Source: Eledone cirrhosa
Lineage: Eukaryota
NCBI GenBank assembly: GCA_964016885.1
Contig: OZ024745.1
Coordinates: forward strand, 10,540,001 to 10,604,000
Length of the DNA stretch: 64,000 nt
Direction of reading: 5' to 3'
Shown: piece after piece, positions 14,940-27,973 of the stretch
Numbering within the stretch: position 1 is the stretch's first letter
Layout of the letters: each line of letters starts with the position of its first letter
The notes under the pieces: model-generated
Told to the model about the DNA's origin: nothing
The model's database searches: none
The model's input: the letters and a program-made list of their open reading frames with translations, nothing else
Program-made: the position numbers and the translations under genes

Positions 14940-17279
14940 CTTTGGACCTACTCTTCACCACTACTCCTGAAATGGTCATTAGTGTTACTGCTGAGGAACC
15001 TTTAGGTGACTCTGATCATGCTATGATCATTGCCAATCTATCTCTGATGGGCAGTAACAGGAACCACAACCATCTCCAAACTGCTCACTTTGACTGGAAT
15101 AAAGCAGACTGGAACTGTTACTGCACCGAGTTGCAACGGCCAAACTGGCTTGAGTTCTACGACTCTGGAGATGTCAACACTGTACTCCAGAACATCCTGA
15201 GCTCAATATGGACAGCATGTGCAGCATCGGTGCCACGTAAACGGAAAAAACATCCCAAAAGTGCAATTTGGGAGACTGCAACAGTACGTCTTGCCAGAAA
15301 AGAATGGCGCAATGCTGAACATGAGTACAAACTTCACAAATCAGACATTAATAGGAAGAGGCAAATTAGATCGTCCAACCACCTCAAACAGGTGACAAAA
15401 AAGGCAGTGCTTCAATTTGAGCAGCGCAGAGCAACCAGCCCTGACAGTAAGGTGCTCTGGAAGTATGTTCACTCCAGGCAGAGGCCTCACTCTCCAGTTG
15501 GTCCTCTTCACAATCCCCACACAAGCCAGTTTACTGACGACCCCAAGGAATGCGCAGAGCTCATTGCTGAATGCTATGCAGGCATTTTCACTATTGAAGA
15601 CCAGAGTGTACCATCTCCACCACCTATGACACCGGACTCTAATACAACCATGGAATTTACACCTGCAATGCTGCGACGTCACCTAAAAAATGAACGCAAC
15701 CATGCCTCTCCTGGTCTTGATGGTGTTACGTACCTGCTTCTTAAACGTGGTGGCTACTTCCTTCTGCACCAGTTATCACGCTTCTTCCAATTCTGTCTGA
15801 ACAACGGTGCTACTCCAGAACAGTGGAAAACTGCCAGTGTCATTCCTCTGTTCAAAAAGGGTGACAGCACATCACCTGTGAACTATCGTCCAGTCAGTCT
15901 TACTAGTTGCATTGCCAAACTGATGGAATCCTGTGTCAGAGAAACACTTTGGAACTTCTGGAACTCTCACAGTCTTATCCGGCCCTCGCAATTTGGATTT
16001 ATTTCCAGCTGCTGTGATCAACTTATCGAGTTTCTTGAAGACATCACCCGGATTACTGATGGCGGTTCATGGGTGGATGTTGTTTACCTTGACTTTGCTA
16101 AAGCTTTCAATTCTGTGCCACACAAAAGGCTTATGGCAAAACTCTCTGCAATGGGTGTGAAGGATGATCTTTTTAACTGGTTGAAGTCCTTCATTCTCAG
16201 TCGAAGAGAGGTAGTCACTGTTCTGGGACAGCATTCCTCACCATATGAGATGTCATCTGGTGTACCACAGGGATCTGTTCTTGGCCCCCTTTTGTTTGTG
16301 GCATATATTAATGACATAGATGCCAACTTAAAGAATGCCACAGTACTAAAGTACGCAGATGACATTAAGCTGTACCTTGAGATAAAAAGGATAGATCCTG
16401 AACACTATAGATCTTGCTTGCAGTCTGACCTGGACACAATCCAACAATGGATCTCAGACTGGCAACTCAAGCTAGCTGTGGACAAGTGCACCACCATGCA
16501 TTTTGGGAGTAAAAACCCAGCGTCCACATACTCCCTCCACAGCACTAATATCAAGAAGTCTTCTTGTGAACGTGACCTGGGCATTACGGTCAGCAGCGAT
16601 TTGTGTTTGACAAAGCACGTCTCTAAAATTGTCAAGAGGGCCGAGGGTGTCTTAGCATCACTCAGCAAGACCTTTGTCAGCCGCTCTCCAGCTATCTATT
16701 TAAGGCTGTAGACGGTTATGGTGCGGCCACACTTAGAATTTGTATCACCAGTCTGGAACCCCTATCTTGCTCAGAACATTGACCGCCTGGAAACTGTTCA
16801 GAGACGTGCAACCGAGCGAATACCCTCCATCAGGCATCTACCATACTCTGAGCGCCTTGCAACTGACTTGGTAAACACCCACAAAATTGTTAACCATCTT
16901 GCCAACAACAACCCTGAGTACCTTTTTGATTTCCATGTGTCTAACACGTGGGCATGTCCACAAAGTCAGAAAACAGCACAGTTCCCATGACTTTCGGAAA
17001 CATTTTTTCATGTTCAGAGTTGCTGAAGCATGGAACAAACTACCTGCATCAGTTGTTAGCTGTCGAGACACTGCATCCTTTAAGGCCTCCATGCTTCCCG
17101 AGATTCGCCAACACTACACCTAATGTTCCCCCTCCATACACATACACACATGTATATCATGACTCACACTATTCACTTCCCTGACATTTGTGTATTATTC
17201 TATGTACTATACATACACCTTTGACGAGTTGTAGTGCACCTGAGCACTATACACAATAATTTCATTATTATTATTATTA
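14940..17279 (+). mobile_element. 5'-truncated CR1-group LINE (C-terminal end of APE endonuclease, RT, 3' UTR, (ATT)n tail), inserted in a CA-rich microsatellite
   Basis: ORF 14942..16711 has GDSDH, SPGLDG, NYRPVSLTS, YLDFAKAF, GVPQGSVLGPLLF, KYADD and ERDLG. It continues after a premature stop as VRPHLEF..VWNPY, then shifts frame to RGH...FRVAEAWNKLP. Tail is ttcattattattatt. Confidence 0.95.
14942..17123 (+). pseudogene. Disrupted CR1-type ORF2 (reverse transcriptase)
   Basis: In-frame TAG at 16709-16711 and a frameshift near 16945, so the C-terminus is split across ORFs 16718..16990 and 16887..17123. Confidence 0.85.
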
Positions 17280-17603
17280 CAAATACACACACACACACCT
17301 TCACAAATACACACACACACCTTCATAAATATACACATCAATATACATGTTTAATTTATAAAGACTATTCAAATTATCTGTATTTAAGACCCTCAAGCTA
17401 CGACTATTGTATACAAGGCCTTTAAGTAATTAGTACAGCTTTGTAGCTACAGTAAATTATGTATATATATAATGAAGTCTATTTGTTCAAATCATTTGTA
17501 TTAACCAAAAACTATTCTGTATTCTTAATGTTTTGAATAATTTATCAAAATGTCTGCAAGTAGTTTTATAGTTTTACTCTAAAGGAATTTGTTTATACTT
17601 CAG

Positions 17604-17717
17604 GTGTTCGAAAAGTACTTAAAAGTGGTAACAAAGTAATGTATGACCTTGAGAAGAAGATCAATGATGCCATATTTCCTGGCTTACAAGGAGGTCCTCA
17701 CAACCACCAGATTGGAG
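17604..17717 (+). CDS. SHMT: Serine hydroxymethyltransferase, internal exon ([38 protein letters not shown])
   Basis: Acceptor tttatacttcag and donor G|gtaagc; 114 bp, phase 1-1; contains the SHMT signature [11 protein letters not shown]. Confidence 0.95.
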
Positions 17718-17951
17718 GTAAGCTTTTAATGGAACAATCTTTGCCAAAATCACTATTCGTTGATATATAGTGTTTTTTTTCTTTTTCCTTTTTCTCCTTG
17801 GACCTGAATTGATGGAATCAGTGGGTGGGTGGTGGAAGTGGTGAGCGTAGTGATTTACAACATGTCTTGGGCATTTCAAAATATGGCAGAGACCATCCCT
17901 TCTCTAAGTCTGAATGTATCCGATTTCTTCCAGATTATATATATGTGCATG

Positions 17952-17954
<3 letters not shown>

Positions 17955-18017
<63 letters not shown>
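17955..18017. repeat. (TA)n microsatellite
   Basis: Direct reading. Confidence 0.95.
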
Positions 18018-18021
<4 letters not shown>

Positions 18022-18840
18022 ACAACCCTGAGTACCTTTTTGATTTCCATGTGTCTAACACACGTGGGCATGCCAACAAAGTCAGAAAACATTTTTTCCT
18101 GCTCAGAGTTGCTGAAGCATGGAACAAACTACCTGCATCAGTTGTTAGCTGTCGAGACACTGCATCCTTTAAAACCTCCATGGAACAAACTACCTGCATC
18201 AGTTGTTAGCTGTGGAGACACTGCATCCTTTAAAACCTCCATGGAACAAACTACCTGCATCAGTTGTTAGCTGCCGAGACCCTGCATTCATTAAAAGCTC
18301 CATGGAACAAACTACTTGCATCCGTTATTAGCTGTCGAGACACTGCATCCTTTAAAACCTCCATGGAACAAACTACCTGCATCTGTTGTTAGCTGTCGAG
18401 ACACTGCATCCTTTAAAACCTCCATGGAACAAACTACATGCATCAGTTGTTAGCTGTCAAGACGCTGCATCCTTTAAAACCTCCATGGAACAAACTACCT
18501 GCATCAGTTATTAGCTGCCAAGACACTGCATCCTTTAAAACCTCCATCGAACAAACTACCTGCATCAGTTGTTAGCTGTTGAGACACTGCATCCTTTAAA
18601 ACCTCCATCGAACAAACTACCTGCATCTGTTGTTAGCTGTTGAGACACTGCATCCTTTAAAACCTCCATGCTTCCTGAGATTCGCCAACAGTACACCTAA
18701 TATTCCCCCCTCCATACACACGAACACATGCATATCATGACTCATACACTCTAACTTCCCTGACATTTGTATATTATTCTATCTACTATGCATGCACCTT
18801 TGATGAGTTGTAGTGCACCTGAGCACTGTACACAATAATT

Positions 18841-18870
<30 letters not shown>
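18018..18870 (+). mobile_element. 3' fragment of the same CR1 family, with an internal 61-bp tandem expansion
   Basis: Near-identical to 16905-17279, including the 3' UTR and (ATT)n tail. Confidence 0.93.
18118..18670. repeat. 61-bp minisatellite x9, derived from CR1
   Basis: catggaacaaactacctgcatcagttgttagctgtcgagacactgcatcctttaaaacctc at 18118, 18179, 18240 ... 18606. Confidence 0.95.
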
Positions 18871-18878
<8 letters not shown>

Positions 18879-19230
18879 TGTGTGTGTCTGTGTATTTATA
18901 TATATGTATATATTTTCAAATTGCTCACAGAATACATGAAAAAACATTTTTTAAATATTAAATATTTCATAAGATTGTTATACCGTCTTAAACTGGTTTT
19001 ATTTAATGCAACAATTATAAAATTACTCATTCTGTCAGATTAGGGAAAAGATAATCATTTTCACCTTCATTTTTAAACTTTAAGCTTTGTTTTGTATGGG
19101 ACTTTACCCATTTCTTCAACTATATATATTTAGTATAAAACAAAGTTTTATACACTTAACATGTTTGTGCTACCAATGGATTCAGGGTCCACTCATGACC
19201 ACCACTGTATAATGGAGTAGGCACTTTTAA

Positions 19231-19438
19231 CCCTTTAGCATTTAAACTGGCCGTATCCAGCCAGAATTCTCTCACCTCTTTCTGTTCAAACCAGCTGTAA
19301 CTGGCCGCTCATACTGATGTTAATGTATTGTCTTCAAAATAAGTAATATCAAAATCTCATAGATTCAATATTATGTGAGATAAAGACTTTACCATGAAAA
19401 TATAATAGTAAATATAGAGTAATGTAAATGTTAAAGGG
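19231..19438. mobile_element. piggyBac-type MITE, copy 2
   Basis: TTAA-ccctttagcattta ... taaatgttaaaggg-TTAA. Confidence 0.88.
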
Positions 19439-20275
19439 TTAAACAAGCCCTTCATTCAGGCATGTGGACAAAAATATAGAGTGGTGGCCATGGCTGGACA
19501 GAGTGCATTGAGTAGGTTTTCTCATTTGCGGGTTCAGCTTGATTTGGAGATTGTTCCTCCTGATAGGATCCTCCGGAAGGCATGTCTGAGGAAGAGGAAA
19601 AGAAGGAAGAAGAGGGAGAAGTGAAGGGAGCGGAAGAAGAAAAATAAACTATTATTTTAGATATTGTATTGTAAAAGCCACATAGAATGTTAAGGACATT
19701 AAATAAATCCTGTTACAAGGGATACGAGAAGAAATCATAGAAGTTCTTGTATATATTCTCACACAAACAGTTAAGATAAGTCGGACACTCAGCTTGACAA
19801 CCTGTGTAGGGTAATTCATGTGAAATGATTGAGTCAATGTTTAATAACTTGTTGACAAAGTAAACAATTTACTAAGATTAAGAAAAACAATTTAACAAAG
19901 TCATCAGTAATAGATGATCATTAATGGATTTCACAGGCTTAACATGTTGCAGTAAAATACTACCATTAAAATTGACCGTTTTATTCACAAAATTTAAAAG
20001 ATTGAATTTAGATGATTGATTTCATCGGGAAAAGCAAAAAAATATCTTTAAAAAAAGTGTTGAATTTATTGTGTGTAAATTCACATTTATTTCATTTCTG
20101 TATTATTGTTGTTCAGTTTATTCAGTTTATTTTGTTAAGCTGACTTTCAACAAATCCTGTCTTTGGCTATTACATTCTGTGTTAAATAGCTGAAACTCCA
20201 TTAAAAGTTCACTATTGTTTCATATTTTTAGGTTTTACAAAACAAAATAATTGAATATTTATGTTTATTTCTCAG

Positions 20276-20398
20276 CATTGGCTGTTGCCTTAAAACAAGC
20301 TCAAACAGAAGAATTTGTAGAATATCAAAAGCAGGTTCTACGCAATGCCCACGTAATGGCTGAAGAATTTATAAGACGGGGTTATTCCCTGGCCACAG
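20276..20398 (+). CDS. SHMT: Serine hydroxymethyltransferase, internal exon (A-LAVALKQAQTEEFVEYQKQVLRNAHVMAEEFIRRGYSLAT-G)
   Basis: Acceptor tttatttctcag and donor G|gtagga; 123 bp; splices in frame to both neighbouring exons; AVALKQA and YQKQV motifs. Confidence 0.95.
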
Positions 20399-20647
20399 GT
20401 AGGACAGAGGTTTTTTTTTTTTCTTAAACAATTTTATTTCTTTTTTTTTTCTGTCCTATTTTTAAATGGGACACTTAAAAAATATTTTCGATATTTCTGT
20501 TTCCATTAATTTAAAGTATGAGGAATACCACTTTTCAGCAAAATTGGTTGAATTAAGTTGAGAAACGTACACCTCTTATTACTGTCCTCCCATCCTGGCC
20601 AAGAATGCAAGCACCCTAGTGTTGAAATATGGTAGTACTGGTCCCAC

Positions 20648-20898
20648 AATAAAATGCACCCTGTGTACTCTGTAAAGTGGTAGTGTTGATGTCATGATAA
20701 AATGCACCCTGTCCTCTCTGTAAAGTGGTAGTGTTGGTGTCATGATAAAATGCACCCTGTTCTCTCTGTAAAGTGGTAGTGTTGGTGTCATGATAAAATG
20801 CACCCTGTCCTCTCTGTAAAGTGGTAGTGTTGGTGTCATGATAAAATGCACCCTGTTCTCTCTGTAAAGTGGTAGTGTTGGTGTCATGATAAAATGCA
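20648..20898. repeat. 48-bp minisatellite x~5 in SHMT intron
   Basis: Unit taaaatgcaccctgtcctctctgtaaagtggtagtgttggtgtcatga. Confidence 0.93.
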
Positions 20899-21037
20899 CT
20901 AGGCCTACCCTGTAAGTTAGTCACTACGACAAAAAGCACCTCTGGACAACATTTATGATAGGTTTAACAAAAAATGGGATGGTATTATTATATTGGTAAT
21001 AATTATATTTTTCTGATTTCTTTCTTTTCCGTTTAAG

Positions 21038-21265
21038 GTGGTACCGAAAACCACTTGGTACTTCTTGATTTACGCCCAAATCAACTGGATGGTGCATCTG
21101 TTGAAAAGATCCTTGAGGAAATTAACATTGCAGTCAATAAAAATACATGCCCTGGAGACAAATCTGCTTTGAAACCCAGTGGTATACGTATTGGAACCCC
21201 TGCACTCACTTCACGAATGTTTAAAGAAGATGACTTCAGACAGGTTGTTGAATTCATCCACCAAG
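21038..21265 (+). CDS. SHMT: Serine hydroxymethyltransferase, internal exon ([14 protein letters not shown]...[27 protein letters not shown]...FIHQ-G)
   Basis: Acceptor ttttccgtttaag and donor G|gtttgt; 228 bp; GGTx[11 protein letters not shown] and [13 protein letters not shown] are canonical SHMT motifs. Overlaps the listed ORF 21055..21303. Confidence 0.97.
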
Positions 21266-21479
21266 GTTTGTCTTTTTTGTTTATTTATTTTAAAATAAAA
21301 TAAACATTTTACTGCTTATTTTTTTCTTCATTGTACTTGAGGTCGTCATATTTTACAAACAATGACACGTTTTGTTTAAGCAATTAGTTTTATGGCTGAA
21401 AGATGTTATGACAAGCCACTCCAATGTGGAATAGAAGTAGAACCTGTTGTTAGCCAGACAGATTTAAGACAAGTAGACA

Positions 21480-21846
21480 TAAAACCACGTTTACAACAGA
21501 GAGTTGCTTCTGCACATGTATCAGCCTGCAGCCTCCCGATTCACAGCCATCTGCTTCATCAGTATGGACATATCCTCTGCCTCCTGCCAGATCATCCTAT
21601 AAGGGACTTTTGTTCGGTGCAGCAGCTGCAGGTTGGAAGAAACCTTGCAGCAGGCCCTGCACTGGATGGCTGGATGACATCAAGGAAGATCTCTGAGACT
21701 CGACATCACTTTGGAGGATGTAGAGGGCTGGTACAGGACTACCAACAATGGAGTGGACTGGTGGACCTGGTTGACTCTACACATGATGTCTGTGGGATCA
21801 CTGACCTAGGTTGACCCCGGTCTCATCGAGCAAGAAGACGACGACA
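21480..21846 (+). mobile_element. Degenerate 3' fragment of a non-LTR element (RTE-like)
   Basis: Translates in part as LLHQYGHILCLLPDHPI, resembling the RTE C-terminal L+xxGH+xR motif; ends in a gaagacgacgac tail. Confidence 0.5.
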
Positions 21847-22308
21847 CCATAAAACATTAGTTGTAGTAGTAACCATGGTTTTGAACTCCTGACTATGTGG
21901 CTAGTAAGTAGTGTAACTTAACTTTTAGTCTACTTCATACATTGGTTCCATTTTGTCTTGGGTGGGTGAGAAATACCAGCTTGTTCAGAGATGTCAGTTT
22001 TTAAACATTAACTTTAAAACAACGTACCTCAGTCCCTAAACTCCATATGTCAATACCGCACCCTTATGACTCTCAGGAGTTACAGGTGGGATCTGTACAA
22101 ACATGTCAGACTAGAATAAACTTTATTGATTGAAATAAAACCCATTAGAATCTACATATTTTTGCCTATAATATACAAGTTTATTTATTCTGGTAACATA
22201 GAATTCCTAAGTTTTGAGGACAATGAATTCTTTGAAGGCATTTTTTGGAGTTGTAAGATTATTGTCACCTAAAAATGAAACAATTTTACATACCTTGTGT
22301 AAGACATA

Positions 22309-22445
22309 ACTTGTGTATTACATTACTTGTGTATTACATTACTTGTGTATTACATTACTTGTGTATTACATTACTTGTGTATTACATATCTTGTGTATTA
22401 CATACCTTGTGTATTACAAACCTTCTGTAAGACATACCTTGTGTA
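22309..22445. repeat. 16-bp tandem repeat (acttgtgtattacatt)
   Basis: Direct reading; about 8 copies, degenerate at the end. Confidence 0.85.
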
Positions 22446-22674
22446 AGTTTTTATTCTAAAAAAAAAGATGAAACAAAATAACTTAAAAACCTAAAACCTT
22501 CATTCATTTCTGAATAAACTAATATTTCCAAATTTTAAGCAATTTCTCACCAGTTTCACAAATAAATGATTAAGAGCAGGTGACTTTCAGTTGGTTTATA
22601 TGAGAAGTGTCAACTACACTTTCATAAAAGCCAGGTATATATATTATGGTGTCTAGAGTCAAGTGTTTATATAA

Positions 22675-22822
22675 GGTGGTGTTGTATATCTGAGTGTGGA
22701 ATGTAATGTGTTGTCTTTTATATATGGTGGTGTTGTATATCTGAGTGTGGAATGTAATGTGTTGTCTTTTATATATGGTGGTGTTGTATATTTGAATGTG
22801 GAATGTAATGTGTTGTCTTTTA
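22675..22822. repeat. 51-bp tandem repeat x3
   Basis: ggtggtgttgtatatctgagtgtggaatgtaatgtgttgtctttt... at 22675, 22726 and 22777. Confidence 0.9.
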
Positions 22823-23174
22823 TTTACTTGGAATCTAATACAGAAGCTGGAATTAATCAATAGATTTATCAGCTTGAAAGGTGTATATATGTGTGTTAAT
22901 GTGTGTGTGTGTGTTTGTGTGTGTATATGTGTGTGTGTGCGAACCCATACTATCGTTACCCCAATGATCCAAGCCTGGACAGTGTGGGAGAACTCTCTCC
23001 AATGTGCAGGACCCCAGGTGCAAGCTGCCTCATTGTCCCAGCAGAAACGCAGAATGGAGAAAAGTGTTACCCCAGAGGATAGCAAGACCAAGCAGAAGTA
23101 TGCCTGATGGTGCTAGTCAAGAAGTCTTGTGTTGTGGCCATATTTCAAAAGACAATGACCTATAAATCAGCTTT

Positions 23175-23551
23175 ACCATGCTCCTTGAGTTTATACCATT
23201 CTATGGGGTCTATTAATGCTTATATCTACAAATGTGAGAGAAAGGCAGAACTTGGACAAGCTGAGCGAGAAGATGGGTTTAAGGGGATTCCAAGGAGAGA
23301 AGACTGCATTGGTTTGGACATGTAACGAGCATAGACATTGACCGATGGGTGAAGAAATACCAGGAAATCTCAGTGGAAGGAAGTTGCTAATAGAGGACGA
23401 CAAAGAAAGACCTGGGCAGAGGGTGTGAGAGCTGACCTCAAATAGCTGAGGCTGGAAGAGGAGATAACAAAGGAACACAACAAGTGGAGAGATGCCGTAC
23501 TGAGAAGAACCTGTCCAACCCATGCAAGCATGGAAAAATGATGATGATGAT
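23175..23551 (+). mobile_element. Degenerate RTE LINE 3' fragment
   Basis: Encodes RRRLHWFGHV- and RGRQRKTW-like remnants; ends in cccatgcaagcatggaaaaatgatgatgat, like the RTE tail at 41761. Confidence 0.7.
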
Positions 23552-23561
23552 ATACTATGGC

Positions 23562-25395
23562 ATTACAGTGGCTACATCAGCTACATCTGTAGTATTACAG
23601 TAGCTACATCTGTAGTATTACAGTAGCTACATCTGTAGTATTACAGTAGCTACATCTGTAGTATTACAGTAGCTACATCTGTAGTATTACAGTAGCTACA
23701 TCTGTGGTATTACAGTGGCTACATCTGTGGTATTACAGTAGCTACATCTGTGGTATTACAGTGGCTACATCTGTGGTATTACAGTGGCTACATCTGTGGT
23801 ATTACAGTAGCTACATCTGTAGTATTACAGTAGCTACATCTGTAGTATTACAGTAGCTACATCTGTGGTATTACAGTGGCTACATCTGGTATTACAGTGG
23901 CTACATCTGTGGTATTACAGTGGCTACATCTGTAGTATTACAGTAGCTACATCTGTGGTATTACAGTGGCTACATCTGTAGTATTACAGTAGCTACATCT
24001 GGTATTACAGTAACTACATCTGTAGTATTACAGTAGCTACATCTGTGGTATTACAGTGGCTACATCTGTGGTATTACAGTGGCTACATCTGTGGTATTAC
24101 AGTGGCTACATCTGTAGTATTACAGTGGCTACAGCTGTGGTATTACAGTAGCTACATCTGTGGTATTACAGTGGCTACATCTGGTATTACAGTGGCTACA
24201 TCTGTGGTATTACAGTAGCTACATCTGTAGTATTACAGTAGCTACATCTGTAGTATTACAGTAGCTACATCTGTGGTATTACAGTGGCTACATCTGTGGT
24301 ATTACAGTGGCTACATCTGGTATTACAGTAGCTACATCTGTGGTATTACAGTGGCTACATCTGTAGTATTACAGTAGCTACATCTGTGGTATTACAGTGG
24401 CTACATCTGTAGTATTACAGTAGCTACATCTGTAGTATTACAGTAGCTACATCTGTGGTATTACAGTGGCTACATCTGTGGTATTGCAGTGGCTACATCT
24501 GGTATTACAGTAGCTACATCTATGGTATTACAGTGGCTACATCTGGTATTACAGTGGCTACATCTGTGGTATTACAGTGGCTACATCTGTGGTATTACAG
24601 TAATACATCTGTAGTATTATAGTGGCTACATCTGTGGTATTACAGTGGCTACATCTGGTATTACAGTAGCTACATCTGGTATTACAGTAGCTACATCTGT
24701 GGTATTACAGTGGCTACATCTGTGGTATTACAGTAGCTACATCTGTAGTATTACAGTAGCTACATCTGTGGTATTACAGTGGCTACATCTCTGGTATTAC
24801 AGTGGCTACATCTGGTATTACAGTAGCTACATCTGGTATTACAGTAGTACATCTGTGGTATTACAGTGGCTACATATGTGGTATTACAGTAGTAATCTGT
24901 GGTATTACAGTAGTACATCTGTGGTATTACAGTAGTACATCTGTGGTATTACAGTGGCTACATCTGGTATTACAGTAGCTACATCTGTGGTATTACAGTA
25001 GCTACATCTGTAGTATTACAGTAGCTACATCTGTGGTATTACAGTAGCTACATCTGGTATTACAGTAGCTACATCTGTAGTATTACAGTAACTACATCTG
25101 TAGTATTACAGTAACTACATCTGTAGTATTACAGTAGCTACATCTGTGGTATTACAGTGGCTACATCTGGTATTACAGAAGCTACATCTGTGGTATTACA
25201 GTGGCTACATCTGGTATTACAGTAGCTACATCTGTGGTATTACAGTAGCTACATCTGTGGTATTACAGTGGCTACATCTGGTATTACAGTGGCTACATCT
25301 GTGGTATTACAGTGGCTACATCTGTGGTATTACAGTAGTACATCTGTGGTATTACAGTAGCTACATATGTAGTATTACAGTATTGTAGCTACATA
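23562..25395. repeat. 23-bp (with 21-bp variants) minisatellite, ~80 copies
   Basis: Unit tacatctgt(a/g)gtattacagt(a/g)gc. Confidence 0.97.
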
Positions 25396-25619
25396 TGAAA
25401 TAGAATGTCTTTAAGAAGATATGAACCACTGACCTTTCTGTTGGCAGTTTGACAGCTCTCGGTCATCTCTAACTGTTAATTTAACTCTTAATGTTCTGTA
25501 TGCGCAAGACACAGTCATCTGATCTGGTTTGTTTCACAGCAGGACAACTTGTCTAACCCATACTGGCGTGGAAATATGAACGTTAAATGGTGATAATGAT
25601 AATAATGATGTCCTGTACT

Positions 25620-26038
25620 ACATTAAACAGCATTTCCAAGACAACACTGCAACTTGTATCACATTAAACCCCATTTCCAAGACAACACTGCAACTTGTAT
25701 CACATTAAACCCCATTTCCAAGACAACACTGCAACTTGTATCACATTAAACCCCATTTCCAAGACAACACTGCAACTTGTATCACATTAAACCCCATTTC
25801 CAAGACAACACTGCAACTTGTATCACATTAAACTCCATTTTCAAGACAACACTGCAACTTGTATCACATTAAATCCCATTTCCAAGACAACACTGCAACT
25901 TGTATCACATTAAACCCCATTTCCAAGACAACACTGCAACTTGTATCACATTAAACCCCATTTCCAAGACAACACTGCAACTTGTATCACATTAAACCCC
26001 ATTTCCAAGACAACACTGCAACTTGTATCACATTAAAC
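25620..26038. repeat. 41-bp minisatellite x~10
   Basis: Unit acattaaaccccatttccaagacaacactgcaacttgtatc. Confidence 0.96.
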
Positions 26039-26287
26039 AAGTTTTTACTTTAGTCTGCTGCTGTGAACTTCCTTTTCACAACAATCTGTCCTGCAATACA
26101 GATACTATAATCATTTCGATTACAAAAGCTGTTAGATATTTCTGCTGCTAAATCATCAAAGCTTGAGACTAGTTAATGGAACACAGGATGTTAAGAGTTA
26201 AAAATAACATCCATTAACTAGGAACAGTAAATGGAATATTGGCAGGAATGAGATGAAATGGCAGAATCCCTATTGTGTAAACAATTC

Positions 26288-27143
26288 TGTGATTGTGTGT
26301 GTATGTCTGTCTATGTGTCTGTTTGTTTATGTGTATGTGTTTGTATTTGTGTGTGTATGTCTGTCTATGTGTCTGTCTGTTTGTGTGTGTTCTGTGTGTA
26401 TATTTGTGTGTATGTCTGTTTCTTTTTATTTGTGTGTGTAATTGTGTGTATTTGTGTGTGTGTGTGTCTGTGTATGTGTCTGTACGTGTGTGTGTGTCTA
26501 TATATATGTGTCTATGTGTGTGTCTGTATATATGTGTGTGTGTCTATGTGTGTGTGTCTATATATGTGTGTGTATGTCTGTATATGTGTGTGTCTGTGTG
26601 TGTGTCTGAATATATGCGTGTGTCTATGTGTGTGTGTGTGTGTCTGTCTGTATATATGTGTGTGTGTGTGTGTCTGTATATGTGTGTGTCTATATATGTG
26701 TGTGTGTCTATATGTGTGTGTGTGTCTGTGTCTATGTGTGTGTGTGTCTGTATATATGTGTGTGTGTCTATATATGTGTGTGTGTCTGTATATGTGTGTG
26801 TGTGTATGTATGTGTGTGTGTGTGTCTGTATATATGTGTGTGTGTGTGTCTATATATGTGTGTGTGTGTCTGTGTGTGTCTGTATATATGTGTGTGTGTG
26901 TCTATGTGTGTGTGTCTGTATATGTGTCTGTGTGTCTATATGTGTGTGTGTGTCTATATATGTGTGTGTGTGTGTCTATATATGTGTGTGTGTGTGTCTG
27001 TATATATGTGTGTGTGTGTGTCTGTGTGTGTCTGTATATATGTGTGTGTCTGTATATATGTGTGTGTGTGTCTATATGTGTGTGTGTGTCTATATATGTG
27101 TGTGTGTGTCTGTATATGTGTGTGTGTGTGTCTATATGTGTGT
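26288..27143. repeat. Compound (TG)n/(TA)n/TC microsatellite
   Basis: Direct reading. Confidence 0.95.
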
Positions 27144-27461
27144 AAGCTATTTCATCTGAACTGGTTAAGCTATTGACCCAATAAGTGTCTAACATATGGC
27201 AAATCATAAAAAGTCTGAAGGATATTTTAATGACACTTCAATAGACCTTTGAAGTATTAGAATATAAATACCTTCAATAGAAATACCTTCAATATACTTT
27301 GATAAGTAAAAAACCTTCAATTAACATTGGCAGACATTATCAGAAGATCTGCTGCTATCACAGTTGTGGCTTTCACATGTCATGGGTTGCTTCTTTTTAA
27401 ATATTGTTTTTGTTGATTTATTTTATGGGTGAATCTATTGACATAGATAAAAGAAGTTATA

Positions 27462-27813
27462 TTGCTGTTGATGGAAGCTACATGTAGCAGTGCTGACATG
27501 TGGTAGTGGTGACATCAATGATGAGATAGTGTTGTTAGGTTGATGGTAGCCACATGTAGCAGTGCTGACATGTGGTAGTGGTGATATCAATGACGAGATA
27601 GTGTTGTTAGGTTGATGGTAGCCACATGTAGCAGTGCTGACATGTGGTAGTGGTGATATCAATGACGAGATAGTGTTGTTAGGTTGATGGTAGCCACATG
27701 TAGCAGTGCTGACACGTGGTGGTAGTGGTGATATCAATGACGAGATAGTGTTGTTAGATTGATGGAAGCTACATGTAGCAGTACTGACATGTGGTAGTGT
27801 TGATATCAATGAC
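27462..27813. repeat. 72-bp minisatellite x~5
   Basis: tgatggtagccacatgtagcagtgctgacatgtggtagtggtga... at 27541, 27613 and 27685. Confidence 0.9.
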
Positions 27814-27973
27814 AAGTGTTGTGGACAGTAATGGTTGGTGGTAAACTTTACAGGTGATTATTACACCTGTCCCAGTTTTTGAGGCAAAGTTTATATATTT
27901 CCTATGGTTTTTAGATATACCTTTAATGAATCTATCCCTCAAAACCTCGGAAATTATTTAGCATTTAGTTAAC

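Noticed and set aside
26253-27207. Cys/Val/Tyr-rich ORFs (also 39966-41714, 44295-44962 and 47961-48544)
   Set aside because: Dinucleotide microsatellite translations.
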